DNA from: Clostridiales bacterium
GTDB lineage: Bacteria; Bacillota; Clostridia; Christensenellales; CAG-138
NCBI GenBank assembly: GCA_003486785.1
Contig: DNFZ01000090.1
Location: 1 to 34,916 of the forward strand
DNA: 34,916 nucleotides
Direction of reading: 5' to 3'
The notes under the pieces are model-generated. The model saw only the letters and a program-made list of their open reading frames with translations. It was not told the origin of the DNA and did no database searches. Made by a program: the position numbers and the translations under genes. This document shows positions 25,464-34,614 of this stretch, piece after piece; position 1 is the stretch's first letter; the number at the start of each line of letters is the position of its first letter.

Positions 25464-28400
25464 ACGCATCTACGTAGAAAAGCAGCCGCAGTTTGCGCAG
25501 GAAGCGTGCGCAACGCTTGCGGATATCCGTAACGTACTCGGCTTCTCCGGCATCACGGGACTGAGAATCCTCAATCGCTATGACGTGGAGGGTGTGGACA
25601 AGCCCCTCTTTTCTTCTTGCCGTAACACGGTGTTTGCTGAGCCGCAGATTGATCTCACCTATGACGAAATCCCTGCGGGTGCCGACGCGGTGTTTGCGGT
25701 AGAGTATCTGCCGGGGCAGTTTGACCAGCGGGCGGAGGCTTGCGCGCAGTGCATCGCGCTGCTTTCGCAAGCGGGCGTGCCCGTGGTGCGCACCGCGCGG
25801 GTCTATCTGCTCAGCGGTGCGATTACATCGGAACAGCTCTCCGCCATCAAGCGTTATATCATCAATCCGGTGGAAGCGCGGGAAGCTTCGCTGGAGAAGC
25901 CGGATACGCTCGCGCTGCGGGTTGAGCCACCCGAAAAAATCCCCGTGCTTGACGGCTTTTGCGGCATGAACGAGACGGCGCTTGGCGGTCTCATCGCGGA
26001 ATACGGGCTTGCGATGGATTTGGGCGACCTGCTTTGCTGCCAAGACTATTTCCAAAGCGAGAAGCGCGATCCCACGCTGACCGAATTAAAACTGCTGGAC
26101 ACCTACTGGTCGGATCACTGCCGCCATACGACGTTTCTCACCGCACTGGACGCGGTGGAGTTTCATGACCCGCGCGCGCAGCAGACGTATGAAACCTATC
26201 TCGATCTGCGCGAACGCCTCGGCATCAAAAAGCCGATCACGCTCATGGACATGGCGACCATCGGCGCAAAATGGCTCAAACAGCAGGGCAAGCTGGAAAA
26301 ACTGGACGAGTCCGACGAGATCAACGCCTGCACGGTCAGAACCACGATCACGGTTGACGGCGAGCGGCAGGACTGGCTCGTGCTCTTTAAAAACGAAACC
26401 CACAACCACCCGACGGAGATTGAACCCTTCGGCGGGGCGGCGACCTGCATCGGCGGCGCGATTCGCGACCCGCTCTCCGGGCGCGCGTTTGTCTATCAGG
26501 CGATGCGCCTCACCGGCGCGGCCGACCCGCGAAAGCCCTTTGCCGAGACGCTGCCCGGCAAGCTCCCGCAGCGCAAAATCGTCACCACTGCCGCCGCTGG
26601 CTACAGCTCCTATGGCAATCAGATTGGCCTTGCGACCGGGCTTGTGGACGAAATCTATCACGATGGATTCTTAGCCAAGCGCATGGAGATCGGCGCGGTG
26701 GTCGGCGCGGCTCCCGCAAAGAACGTCCGGCGGGAAACGCCGCTTTCGGGCGATATCGTGCTGCTGCTTGGCGGTAAGACCGGGCGCGACGGCTGCGGAG
26801 GCGCGACGGGCTCTTCCAAGGCGCACTCGTCCGATTCGCTTTCGCAGTGCGGCGCAGAGGTGCAAAAAGGCAACGCACCGGAGGAACGAAAGCTCCAGCG
26901 ATTGTTCCGCAATCCGGAGGCATCTCTTCTCATCAAGCGCTGCAACGATTTCGGCGCGGGCGGCGTCAGCGTCGCCATCGGCGAGCTCGCGGACGGCGTC
27001 GCGGTCGATCTCGATCGCGTACCTGTGAAATATGAAGGTCTCGACGGCACCGAACTCGCCATCAGCGAGTCGCAGGAGCGCATGGCGGTGGTTGTTTCGC
27101 CGGAGGATGAGGCAGCGTTTATCGCGCTGTCGGAGGCGGAGAACTTGCAGGCCACGCGTGTGGCGAAGATCACCGCAGAGCCGCGGCTCACGATGGACTG
27201 GCGCGGCGAGCGAATTGTGGACATCAAACGCAGTTTCATCGACAGCAACGGCGCGCAAAAACACGCGCGCGCAAGCGTTGTTGCGCCGAAGATTTCGCAA
27301 AAAGTCGCAGCGGGAGAATCGTTTTTAACGCAGTACCGCGCGTTGGTGTCCGATTTAAATTACTGCTCCAAGCGGGGCTTGAGCGAGCGCTTTGACGCGA
27401 CAGTCGGCGCCTATTCACTCTTGATGCCGTTTGGCGGGGCGAGGCAACTCACGTCACCGCAGGCGATGGCGGCAAAGCTGCCGCTGCTCGCGGGCGAAAC
27501 CGATGTCTGCACGCTCATGGCGTGGGGGTATGATCCGCTGCTCTCCGAAGCCTCGCCCTACGCGGGCGGCTATGGCGCGGTGGTGCGTTCGCTTTGCAAA
27601 CTCGCGGCGACGGGCGCACCGCTAGAGGAGAGATATTTAAGCTTTCAGGAGTACTTTGGCAAGCCCGGCAAGGAAGCGACGCGTTGGGGCAAACCCGCCG
27701 CCGCGTTGCTGGGAGCTCTGCAGGCGCAGCTCGACTTCGGCGTCGCCGCCATCGGTGGCAAGGACAGCATGAGCGGCTCTTTTGAGTCGCTGGATGTGCC
27801 GCCGACGCTGGTTTCGTTCGCCCTCGCGGTTGGAAAAACGGGCAGCGTTCTCTCGCCAGAATTCAAGCGCGCGGGCTCGCGCGTCGTGCTGCTCTCGCCG
27901 GAGGTTCGCGCGGATGGGCTGCCGGAGGCAAGCTCGATGAACGCGCTGCTCAAGCAAGTACACGCGCTGATCGCGGAGAAACGCGCGCGTGCGGTCTATG
28001 CGTCGGGCGCGGGCGGCATCGCGGAGGCGGTGTTTCAGATGTGCCTTGGCAACGGTCTTGGTTATCGTTTTGCGGAGACGCTTACGCAGGCGGAGCTGTT
28101 CGCGCCGCGGTTGGGTGCATTTGTGTTGGAACTCGGCGAAGGGGAGAACATCGGCACCCCGCTTGGCGAAACGCTTACGCAGGGAGAAATAATATGGCGC
28201 GGGGAAACGATCGACTTGGCGCAGCTGGAAGCAGCTCACGAAGAAACGCTCGAAGACGTGTTCCCGACCCAAACGAAAACGCGGGTAATCTCACTGGAGA
28301 TTCCCGTTGTTCACGCGACAGAACGAATCAAACCGCGCACAAGTCACATCGGCAAGCCGCGTGTACTCATCCCCGTGTTTCCGGGGACGAATTGTGAATA

Positions 28401-29151
28401 TGAGTCCGCCCGCGCGGTGGAACGCGCGGGCGCGAAGGCGGATGTGCTGGTGCTGCAAACTGCGTCCGCCGCGGCAATCGGCGAGTCGCTGCGTGCGTTT
28501 GCGAAAAAGCTTGATCAATCGCAGGCGCTGTTTCTGCCCGGCGGGTTTTCCAACGGGGACGAGCCGGATGGCTCAGGTAAATTCATCACCGCGTTTTTGC
28601 GAAACCCGATGGCGAACATTGCCCTCATGCGCCTTATCGACGCGCGGGACGGCCTCGTGCTCGGCGTCTGCAACGGGTTTCAGGCGCTCATCAAGCTGGG
28701 ACTTGTTCCCTACGGGAAGATCGTCGCGCCCGCGCAGGATTTGCCGACGCTGACGTTCAACGAGATCGGGCGGCATCAGTCCCGCATCGTGCGCACGCGC
28801 GTCACCTCCGACCGCTCGCCGTGGCTGCTGCTTGCGGGCGCAGGCAATATCTATTCCATGCCGGTTTCACACGGCGAAGGGCGCTTTCTCTGCCTGCAGG
28901 ACACGCTGGAAGCACTCGCGCAAACGGGTCAGATCGCCGCGCAGTATGTAGATGATCTTGGCAGTCCTTCGATGGATGTGCGCTATAACCCCAATGGCTC
29001 AATGGCGGCGGTTGAGGCGATCACCTCACCGGATGGGCGAATCCTCGGCAAAATGGGGCACAGCGAGCGCATCGGACAGGGGTTGTATCAAAACGTCCCC
29101 GGGGACTATGACATGCGGTTGTTCGAATCGGCCGTGCTGTATTTTTCGTAA
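25456..29151 (+). CDS. purL: Phosphoribosylformylglycinamidine synthase, large single-chain form (synthetase plus C-terminal glutaminase domain)
   Basis: The ATG at 25456 overlaps the purD stop (ATGGTTGA). Motifs: YWSDHCRHTTF, ETHNHPTEIEPFGGAATCIGG, SESQERM. The C-terminal class I amidotransferase has GVCNGFQAL and the HGEGRF motif. Confidence 0.93.
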   Translation: MVERIYVEKQPQFAQEACATLADIRNVLGFSGITGLRILNRYDVEGVDKPLFSSCRNTVFAEPQIDLTYDEIPAGADAVFAVEYLPGQFDQRAEACAQCIALLSQAGVPVVRTARVYLLSGAITSEQLSAIKRYIINPVEAREASLEKPDTLALRVEPPEKIPVLDGFCGMNETALGGLIAEYGLAMDLGDLLCCQDYFQSEKRDPTLTELKLLDTYWSDHCRHTTFLTALDAVEFHDPRAQQTYETYLDLRERLGIKKPITLMDMATIGAKWLKQQGKLEKLDESDEINACTVRTTITVDGERQDWLVLFKNETHNHPTEIEPFGGAATCIGGAIRDPLSGRAFVYQAMRLTGAADPRKPFAETLPGKLPQRKIVTTAAAGYSSYGNQIGLATGLVDEIYHDGFLAKRMEIGAVVGAAPAKNVRRETPLSGDIVLLLGGKTGRDGCGGATGSSKAHSSDSLSQCGAEVQKGNAPEERKLQRLFRNPEASLLIKRCNDFGAGGVSVAIGELADGVAVDLDRVPVKYEGLDGTELAISESQERMAVVVSPEDEAAFIALSEAENLQATRVAKITAEPRLTMDWRGERIVDIKRSFIDSNGAQKHARASVVAPKISQKVAAGESFLTQYRALVSDLNYCSKRGLSERFDATVGAYSLLMPFGGARQLTSPQAMAAKLPLLAGETDVCTLMAWGYDPLLSEASPYAGGYGAVVRSLCKLAATGAPLEERYLSFQEYFGKPGKEATRWGKPAAALLGALQAQLDFGVAAIGGKDSMSGSFESLDVPPTLVSFALAVGKTGSVLSPEFKRAGSRVVLLSPEVRADGLPEASSMNALLKQVHALIAEKRARAVYASGAGGIAEAVFQMCLGNGLGYRFAETLTQAELFAPRLGAFVLELGEGENIGTPLGETLTQGEIIWRGETIDLAQLEAAHEETLEDVFPTQTKTRVISLEIPVVHATERIKPRTSHIGKPRVLIPVFPGTNCEYESARAVERAGAKADVLVLQTASAAAIGESLRAFAKKLDQSQALFLPGGFSNGDEPDGSGKFITAFLRNPMANIALMRLIDARDGLVLGVCNGFQALIKLGLVPYGKIVAPAQDLPTLTFNEIGRHQSRIVRTRVTSDRSPWLLLAGAGNIYSMPVSHGEGRFLCLQDTLEALAQTGQIAAQYVDDLGSPSMDVRYNPNGSMAAVEAITSPDGRILGKMGHSERIGQGLYQNVPGDYDMRLFESAVLYFS

Positions 29152-29193
29152 CGCGCGCTGCGCCAACTGTCGAGCAAGATCCGCAAACACGCA

Positions 29194-29231
29194 AAAGACG
29201 GCTCCCCAAAAACCATCAGGGAGCCGTCTTT
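29194..29231. terminator. Bidirectional terminator between convergent purL and the histidine kinase gene
   Basis: AAAGACGGCTCCC (29194-29206), 12-nt loop, GGGAGCCGTCTTT (29219-29231): perfect 13-bp stem with A/T-rich flanks. Confidence 0.8.
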
Positions 29232-29266
29232 GTACGGAAAAAATCGGAACTGCGATCGATTGTGTA

Positions 29267-30322
29267 TTATACGGGAGACTGCGCAGCTCTGAGCGAAACC
29301 TTGACCTCCGTGCCCTTGCCTTCCTTGCTCATGAGCTCGATGGTGCCGCCGCAGAGTAAGACGATGCGGCGTACCAGTGCGAGCCCCAGCCCGCTACCAT
29401 CGCCTGAATGGGATCGCTCGCCCTGGTAAAACTTGTCAAACGCGCGCTGCCGCACTTCGTCGGACATGCCGATGCCGGTATCCCGAATGCGGACGACCAC
29501 CTTGCCGTCAAACATTCCGCAGGAGATCGAGAGGGTTCCGCCGTGGCTGGAGAACTTGATGGCGTTGTCGACAAGATTGCTCCAAACCTGCGCAAGCAGC
29601 GATTTACTGCCGTAATACGGGGTTGCGGTCAGCGCAAGGTCGATGTTGAGCTGCTTCTCTTCCCAGCGCGGCTCGTATTCCAGCAGCACGCGACGGATCT
29701 GCTCGTCGAGCATAAAATTCTCCTGCTGGAGCACGATTTCCTGGTTTTCCAGCTGCGAGAGGGAGAGTATGCTGTGGGTGAGTCTGGAGAGGCGGCTGGT
29801 GTTTTCGAGGATACGCGAGACGTATACAGCCTGATCTTCCCGGCTTAGGCGCTCGTCCTGCAAGAGCGTGGCGTACCCCTCTATGGCGGAGAGCGGCGTT
29901 TTAAACTCATGAGAAACATTGCTCACAAAGTCGGCGCGCAGCGTTTCGGTGTTGGAAAGCTCTTTGACCATGATGTTAAAGCTCTCCGCAATCTCCTCGA
30001 TCTCCTTTGCGATGCTCTTTTCTTCCAGGCGCACGGAGAAGTCCCCGCGCGAGACTTTTTTTGCGGCGTCGTTGATCTTGATAATAGGGGAGAGCATCTT
30101 TGTGCTCGTGTAGGCGGCAATGCCGATGCCGATGACGGTCGTGAAGATCCCCATATAGGTCGTAGAGGTGACAATCGCCGTGATCGTACCGATTTCGAGC
30201 CGGAGCAGCACATAGATGACCAAGAACGTGAGCACTGTGGATACCGAGATGATGCCCGCGATGATCACGGCGAATATCTGCGCCACGCGCGGGCGCGCTT
30301 TCATCTGCGGAAGTTTAGTCAA
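29267..30322 (-). CDS. Sensor histidine kinase (two TM helices with a very short outer loop, HAMP, HisKA, HATPase_c)
   Basis: H-box SHEFKTPLSAIEGY, N-box LVDNAIKFS, G-boxes RDTGIGM and GSGLGLALV. The predicted extracytoplasmic loop (RLEIG) is too short to form a sensing domain, so this looks like an intramembrane-sensing kinase. The start is either TTG at 30322 (8-nt overlap with the regulator gene) or ATG at 30304. Confidence 0.88.
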   Translation of the reverse strand: MTKLPQMKARPRVAQIFAVIIAGIISVSTVLTFLVIYVLLRLEIGTITAIVTSTTYMGIFTTVIGIGIAAYTSTKMLSPIIKINDAAKKVSRGDFSVRLEEKSIAKEIEEIAESFNIMVKELSNTETLRADFVSNVSHEFKTPLSAIEGYATLLQDERLSREDQAVYVSRILENTSRLSRLTHSILSLSQLENQEIVLQQENFMLDEQIRRVLLEYEPRWEEKQLNIDLALTATPYYGSKSLLAQVWSNLVDNAIKFSSHGGTLSISCGMFDGKVVVRIRDTGIGMSDEVRQRAFDKFYQGERSHSGDGSGLGLALVRRIVLLCGGTIELMSKEGKGTEVKVSLRAAQSPV

Positions 30323-30992
30323 CTCTTTTCACCGCCTTGTAGCCAAGCCCACGGATGGTGACAATTTCAAACTGCGCGTTTTCTTTAAATCGTTCTCGCA
30401 GGCGGCTGATATGCACATCCAGCGTGTGCGGGTCGCTCTCGGTGTCCATGCCCCAGATCTCATCCATGATCTGCTGCTTGGTGTACACGCGATTTGGGTT
30501 GGAGAGCAGCTTGTAGAGGATGTAAAACTCTTTTTGCGGTAAAACGCTGCACTCGCCGCCGATGCAGACGGTCAAATCGTCATATCTCAACTCAGCGTTT
30601 TCAAAGCGGATCTTTTTTTCATTGACGATCTGTGCGCGCTTTAAGAGCGCATTGATGCGCAGTATCATCTCGTTTACGTTGACGGGCTTGACCATATAGT
30701 CGTCCGTGCCGGCGATAAAACCGCTCTGCATGTCCTCAAAGGAGTCCTTTGCGGTGATCATGAGCACGGGCATATTCATCCCGTTCTGGCGCAGGCTCTG
30801 GACAAACTCATAGCCGTTCATGTTCGGCATCATGATATCCGTCACGACGAGGTCGATGTACTGCTTTTCGAGCACATCCCAGGCGTCCGTGCCGTCCCGC
30901 GCCTCGTGATAGACAAAGCCGTTTTTGGAGAGCACGGTGCAAAAAAGCTCGCGCAGCGCCCGATCGTCCTCCACGACAAGAATGTGAAACAT
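30315..30992 (-). CDS. OmpR/PhoB-family response regulator
   Basis: Receiver domain ILVVEDD ... DLVVTDIMMPNMNG ... ITAK. C-terminal winged-helix domain: LRYDDLTV ... EFYILYKLL ... RLRERF ... IVTIRGLGYK. Confidence 0.92.
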   Translation of the reverse strand: MFHILVVEDDRALRELFCTVLSKNGFVYHEARDGTDAWDVLEKQYIDLVVTDIMMPNMNGYEFVQSLRQNGMNMPVLMITAKDSFEDMQSGFIAGTDDYMVKPVNVNEMILRINALLKRAQIVNEKKIRFENAELRYDDLTVCIGGECSVLPQKEFYILYKLLSNPNRVYTKQQIMDEIWGMDTESDPHTLDVHISRLRERFKENAQFEIVTIRGLGYKAVKRVD

Positions 30993-31083
30993 CGTATCCC
31001 CCCTGATACTGAAAAAGTTGCAGCCATCATGCGCGTGTTTCGCGCGTCACCAATCAATATAACAGGATATCTTCAATTGTACG

Positions 31084-31749
31084 TCAAATCGGACAAACGC
31101 AGTCAAACAGGCCGCAATCCTCCGGCAAACCCGCATAGAGCACGACGAGCCTGCCCGCCCGCACCGAAACTTCGGCGGCCTCGCCTGTAAAAGCGTTGCT
31201 TACGCCCAGCGGGTTGGTGTCCGTGAGTGTCGCGTCATGCAGCGCATAGGCAAGCCCCCGCTCGAAAACGCCCGAAGCGCTCGCACCATAGGAAAACACC
31301 GAAACGATGCCGCGCATCCCCGCGCGAAAGCGCAGCGTTTCATCCTGAATGATCGTAATGGTTTCCTCCTCGCCCAGCAGTGCCGCGCGCGCGCCATGCT
31401 CGCGCAAAAACGCGAGGGTTTGTATGTTTGCCAGCGTGTGGTCGAGCCGCCCGCCCACGCCGCCGAGCAAAAGAAACGCACGGTAACCGCGCGCAAGCCC
31501 GAGCCGTGCGGCGAGCATCGTGTCCGTGTCGTCCTTTTCCGCCGGATGGCGCACGATTTGTTCGCCCGCCGGCACATAGCCCAGGGAGTCAAAATCCCCC
31601 ACGACGAGGTCGGCGCGGATATCGCCCAAATGCGCATAGCCGCCGTCCGCAGCGATGACCAGATCGCCCGGAACAGGAGAGAGTGTATGATGCTGCGGCA
31701 GCGCGCAGACGATGTAGCAAACGGGGCATTTGGTCATGTGTGGCTTCAT
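31084..31749 (-). CDS. thiN: Thiamine pyrophosphokinase
   Basis: VIAADGGY, VGDFDS, PAEKDDTDT, GGVGGRLDHTLANI and a C-terminal thiamine-binding beta domain. I prefer the ATG at 31749, which has GAGGAG 5 nt upstream, over the ORF start at 31803. Confidence 0.85.
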   Translation of the reverse strand: MKPHMTKCPVCYIVCALPQHHTLSPVPGDLVIAADGGYAHLGDIRADLVVGDFDSLGYVPAGEQIVRHPAEKDDTDTMLAARLGLARGYRAFLLLGGVGGRLDHTLANIQTLAFLREHGARAALLGEEETITIIQDETLRFRAGMRGIVSVFSYGASASGVFERGLAYALHDATLTDTNPLGVSNAFTGEAAEVSVRAGRLVVLYAGLPEDCGLFDCVCPI

Positions 31750-31896
31750 AGAACTCCTCTTGCCGGATGTGATGCTGCGATGCAAGAAAGAGCAACGCAT
31801 CACTTACTGGTATTTATACCATGTTTACCGCCCAAAGAAAAGCGCCATGCGCGCGCGGCGCAGTGGGAAACCTGAAATAAATCGGCTGAAAATCGG

Positions 31897-31925
31897 GGGT
31901 TATTTGCCTGCCATTGTGGTATAAT
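31897..31925 (+). promoter_or_regulatory. Candidate extended -10 promoter for the exonuclease gene
   Basis: TGgTATAAT (31917-31925) is a perfect extended -10. The -35 region (GGGTTA area around 31897-31902) is weak. About 47 nt upstream of the proposed start. Confidence 0.45.
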
Positions 31926-31972
31926 ACCGTTTAAGAATCGTCCCAACAGAGTTGCGCGAAAGGAGAACACGC

Positions 31973-32536
31973 TTGCCGGGTTTGTTTATACGAGATGAGC
32001 TAGACGTGTTCACCGCCGTGGATGTGGAGACGCCAAACCGCTATTCCCGCTCGATCTGCTCCATCGGCATCGTGCGCGTAACCGGCGAAGGGGAACCCCA
32101 GCGTCTGCACTATCTCGTGAACCCGTGCGATGAATTTGACGGGGCGAATATCGCCATCCACGGCATCCGGCCAAGGGATGTGGAGAACGAGCCGTCGCTC
32201 TACGAACTCTGGCCGAAGATTGAGCCGTATTTCACCGGGTGTCTGCTCGTGGCGCACAATGCGCTCTTTGACCTGCCGGTGATTCGAAAAGCGCTGCTGA
32301 GAGAAAACCTTCATGCTGAACATTGGCGATATATCTGCACGCTGGAGACCGCGAGAAAGCACATTCCCAAAGCGACCTTTGGCACCCACAGGCTCAACGA
32401 CCTCTGCGCGGGGCTGAATATCCCGCTTGAGCACCATCACAACGCGCTGGATGACGCGCTTGCCTGTGCAAATCTGTATGAGTATCTGCGTATGCGGTAT
32501 CGCGTCAACGAAAGCGACATCAAGATATACCGATAG
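31973..32536 (+). CDS. DEDDh 3'-5' exonuclease (DnaQ / Pol III epsilon-like domain protein)
   Basis: ExoI FTAVDVETPN, ExoII LVAHNALFDLPV, ExoIII HHNALDDALACANL. I propose the in-frame TTG at 31973 as the start, because AAAGGAGAA lies 5 nt upstream. The ORF itself opens at TTG 31952. The start call is uncertain. Confidence 0.8.
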   Translation: MPGLFIRDELDVFTAVDVETPNRYSRSICSIGIVRVTGEGEPQRLHYLVNPCDEFDGANIAIHGIRPRDVENEPSLYELWPKIEPYFTGCLLVAHNALFDLPVIRKALLRENLHAEHWRYICTLETARKHIPKATFGTHRLNDLCAGLNIPLEHHHNALDDALACANLYEYLRMRYRVNESDIKIYR

Positions 32537-32588
32537 ACTCGGTCATGTGCAATAGAAGATAAAAGAAAACAGGAGGATATGTTTCTCG

Positions 32589-33308
32589 ATGGATGACCCC
32601 GGGCAACCGAATGCGGACACGATCCCCAGTATCGCGCTGGAAGACATCGACCCCGACAAGTGCTACTTCAACCCCGGCTGTGCGATGAGTTTGTATAAGC
32701 CGGAGGCGGTGCAGGAGACTCTTCATCTGCTCAACCGCCGCTTTTTGCCGACGAAGCTGCACACCATTTGCTGCCGGCATGAGCCGGTTTTGCCGGAGGG
32801 CGCAACCATCATCAACAACTGCGCGGGGTGCGACAGGAGATTTCGCACTCTCTACGAGGGTGTGCAGACCGTCTCACTCTGGGAGGTGTTGAACGCGATT
32901 CCCGCGCTTCCGCTACCGTCGTATGCCGGTTTGCAGCTCTCCGTGCATGATTCCTGCTCGTTTCGCAAAAAGCCGCAGGTGCACGCCGCGGTGCGAAGCC
33001 TGCTCGACAAAATGCAGATCGAGGTAATCGAGAGCCCGTTTGCGGGCACGAGATCCATCTGCTGCGGGGATAATTTTTACGGGCATATCCCGCTGGAGGC
33101 AGTCAACGCGTTTCAGAAAAAGCGCGCGGCCCAGATGCCCTGTCAGGATGTTGCGGTCTATTGCGTGTCCTGCATCAAGTCCATGCACATCGGCGGAAAA
33201 ACGCCGCGTCATATGCTCGACCTCGTGCTGGGCGAGCCTACCGAAGCGCAGGAAACCCGGCTGGATGTCTATCACGACGAGCTGGATTGCTATATCGAGG
33301 AACACTAA
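32589..33308 (+). CDS. Cysteine-rich protein with two CCG-like (HdrB/GlpC/LutA-type) Fe-S domains
   Basis: 13 Cys in 239 aa, arranged as two similar halves:
- First half: C-x5-C-x27-CC-x15-C-x2-C
- Second half: C-x32-CCG-x25-C-x6-C-x2-C

GGAGGA lies 10 nt upstream of the ATG at 32589. Confidence 0.65.
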   Translation: MDDPGQPNADTIPSIALEDIDPDKCYFNPGCAMSLYKPEAVQETLHLLNRRFLPTKLHTICCRHEPVLPEGATIINNCAGCDRRFRTLYEGVQTVSLWEVLNAIPALPLPSYAGLQLSVHDSCSFRKKPQVHAAVRSLLDKMQIEVIESPFAGTRSICCGDNFYGHIPLEAVNAFQKKRAAQMPCQDVAVYCVSCIKSMHIGGKTPRHMLDLVLGEPTEAQETRLDVYHDELDCYIEEH

Positions 33309-33359
33309 ACGATCGTGCGCGCACGAAGACGCGCGCTGAAGGATTAGGATTTCAGAATC

Positions 33360-33821
33360 ATGCTGCGTATCACCCGTTGTTCGGGCAAAGACGAGACTTT
33401 TCGCGCGCTGACCGACGCGCTGGACGAGGAATTGCTGGAGCGCTACGGCGCGTTGATGACGTTCTTTGGCCCGCTCAATCAATCGGACGACGTAGAAAAT
33501 GCCGTGGTCATCTTGCGGGATGGCACACCAGCCGGATGCGGCTGCTTCAAACCGGTTTCTGAGGATTCCGTGGAGATAAAGCGCATCTTTGTGCAGAAAC
33601 TCTTTCGCGGGCAGCGGCTTGCGCGCGCGGTGCTCACCGAGCTGGAAGCCTGGGCGCGAGAGCTTGGCTATGCGGTTGCGATTCTGGAAACGGGCATCCT
33701 CCAACCCGAAGCCATTCGGCTCTACGAGGCGGCGGGGTACGACCGCATCCCGAATTATCCGCCGTATGTGGGCGTCAAAGAGAGCATATGCTTTCAAAAG
33801 GCGCTGAAAATCGATCAATAA
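33360..33821 (+). CDS. GNAT-family N-acetyltransferase
   Basis: Acetyl-CoA binding motif A: IKRIFVQKLFRGQRLARAVLTELEAWARELGY. Ends with the typical A-x-x-LYE-x-xGY. Confidence 0.85.
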   Translation: MLRITRCSGKDETFRALTDALDEELLERYGALMTFFGPLNQSDDVENAVVILRDGTPAGCGCFKPVSEDSVEIKRIFVQKLFRGQRLARAVLTELEAWARELGYAVAILETGILQPEAIRLYEAAGYDRIPNYPPYVGVKESICFQKALKIDQ

Positions 33822-33849
33822 TCATTTCGAAAACAAATACACGCGATAC

Positions 33850-33893
33850 AAAAACACCGTCTCCGGAGGTCCCGGCGGCGGTGTTGTTTTTTT
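33850..33893. terminator. Bidirectional terminator between the convergent GNAT and MBL-fold hydrolase genes
   Basis: AACACCG (33853-33859) pairs with CGGTGTT (33879-33885), with an inner CCGG helix. It is preceded by an A-run and followed by T7. It overlaps the stop codon of the minus-strand gene. Confidence 0.65.
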
Positions 33894-34614
33894 ATCGTTT
33901 CTTCGGGGCGAAGAGCGCAAGACCATCCAGCTTGCTCCGGAATTTGATCAAATCATCAACCGCAAACGGGTTTCCGTGGCTGGGATAGATGCGGCTGGGG
34001 TTGAGCGCGATGATCTTGTCCCAAGACCTTGCGAACTGCGCTACATCCTCCATCAACACCGCCTGCCGCGCGGGCGCGATGACGGCGTTGGCCGCCGCGT
34101 CTCCGCAGAACAGTTCGCGCGTCTCCTCCAGATATAGTCCTATGGAGTCTGCCGTGTGTCCCGGCAGAAACACGACGCGGATGGGCAGCCCCATGGCTAG
34201 AAACGGCTGCTCCGCCTCGCTGGCGAGGATGAGCGCATCGGCATTGGGGGTTACCGGGGGATATGAGGCATGCTTCATCATGGCGCTGAGCGTGGCGCTC
34301 ATGCGTGAGGTAAAGCCGATCCCTTCCGGCATGGCGTTTTCTCCGCACGCAAGCCGTGGCAGGCTCTCTTCATGCGCGACGAGCCTTGCGCCGCTCTCCT
34401 TGAGCAGCTCGTTTAGCAAACCCGCATGGTCGTTGTGCGCGTGGGTTAAAAATACATACTTTACCAGATCCAACGGGGCTAACGCACCAAGCCGTTTCTT
34501 GTATTCATCAAACGCGCCCGCATAGCCGGTATCGATCACAACCCAGCCTTGCGGTGTTTCGATCAGGTAGTTGTGCAGCATATAGCTGCCGATGTCGTGG
34601 ATGCGCAAATGCAT
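33892..34614 (-). CDS. MBL-fold metallo-hydrolase
   Basis: THAHNDHAG (the HxHxDH motif), a later PGHT and a C-terminal H. I prefer the ATG at 34614 (MHLRIHDIG...), which has GAGGGTGG 5 nt upstream, over the ORF start at 34662. Confidence 0.85.
   Translation of the reverse strand: MHLRIHDIGSYMLHNYLIETPQGWVVIDTGYAGAFDEYKKRLGALAPLDLVKYVFLTHAHNDHAGLLNELLKESGARLVAHEESLPRLACGENAMPEGIGFTSRMSATLSAMMKHASYPPVTPNADALILASEAEQPFLAMGLPIRVVFLPGHTADSIGLYLEETRELFCGDAAANAVIAPARQAVLMEDVAQFARSWDKIIALNPSRIYPSHGNPFAVDDLIKFRSKLDGLALFAPKKR

Noticed and set aside
31750-31972. TPP riboswitch associated with the thiamine pyrophosphokinase gene
   Set aside because: Only an isolated ACCTGA hexamer is present. It is on the plus strand, while the TPK gene is on the minus strand. 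There is no CUGAGA element or THI-box helix architecture.
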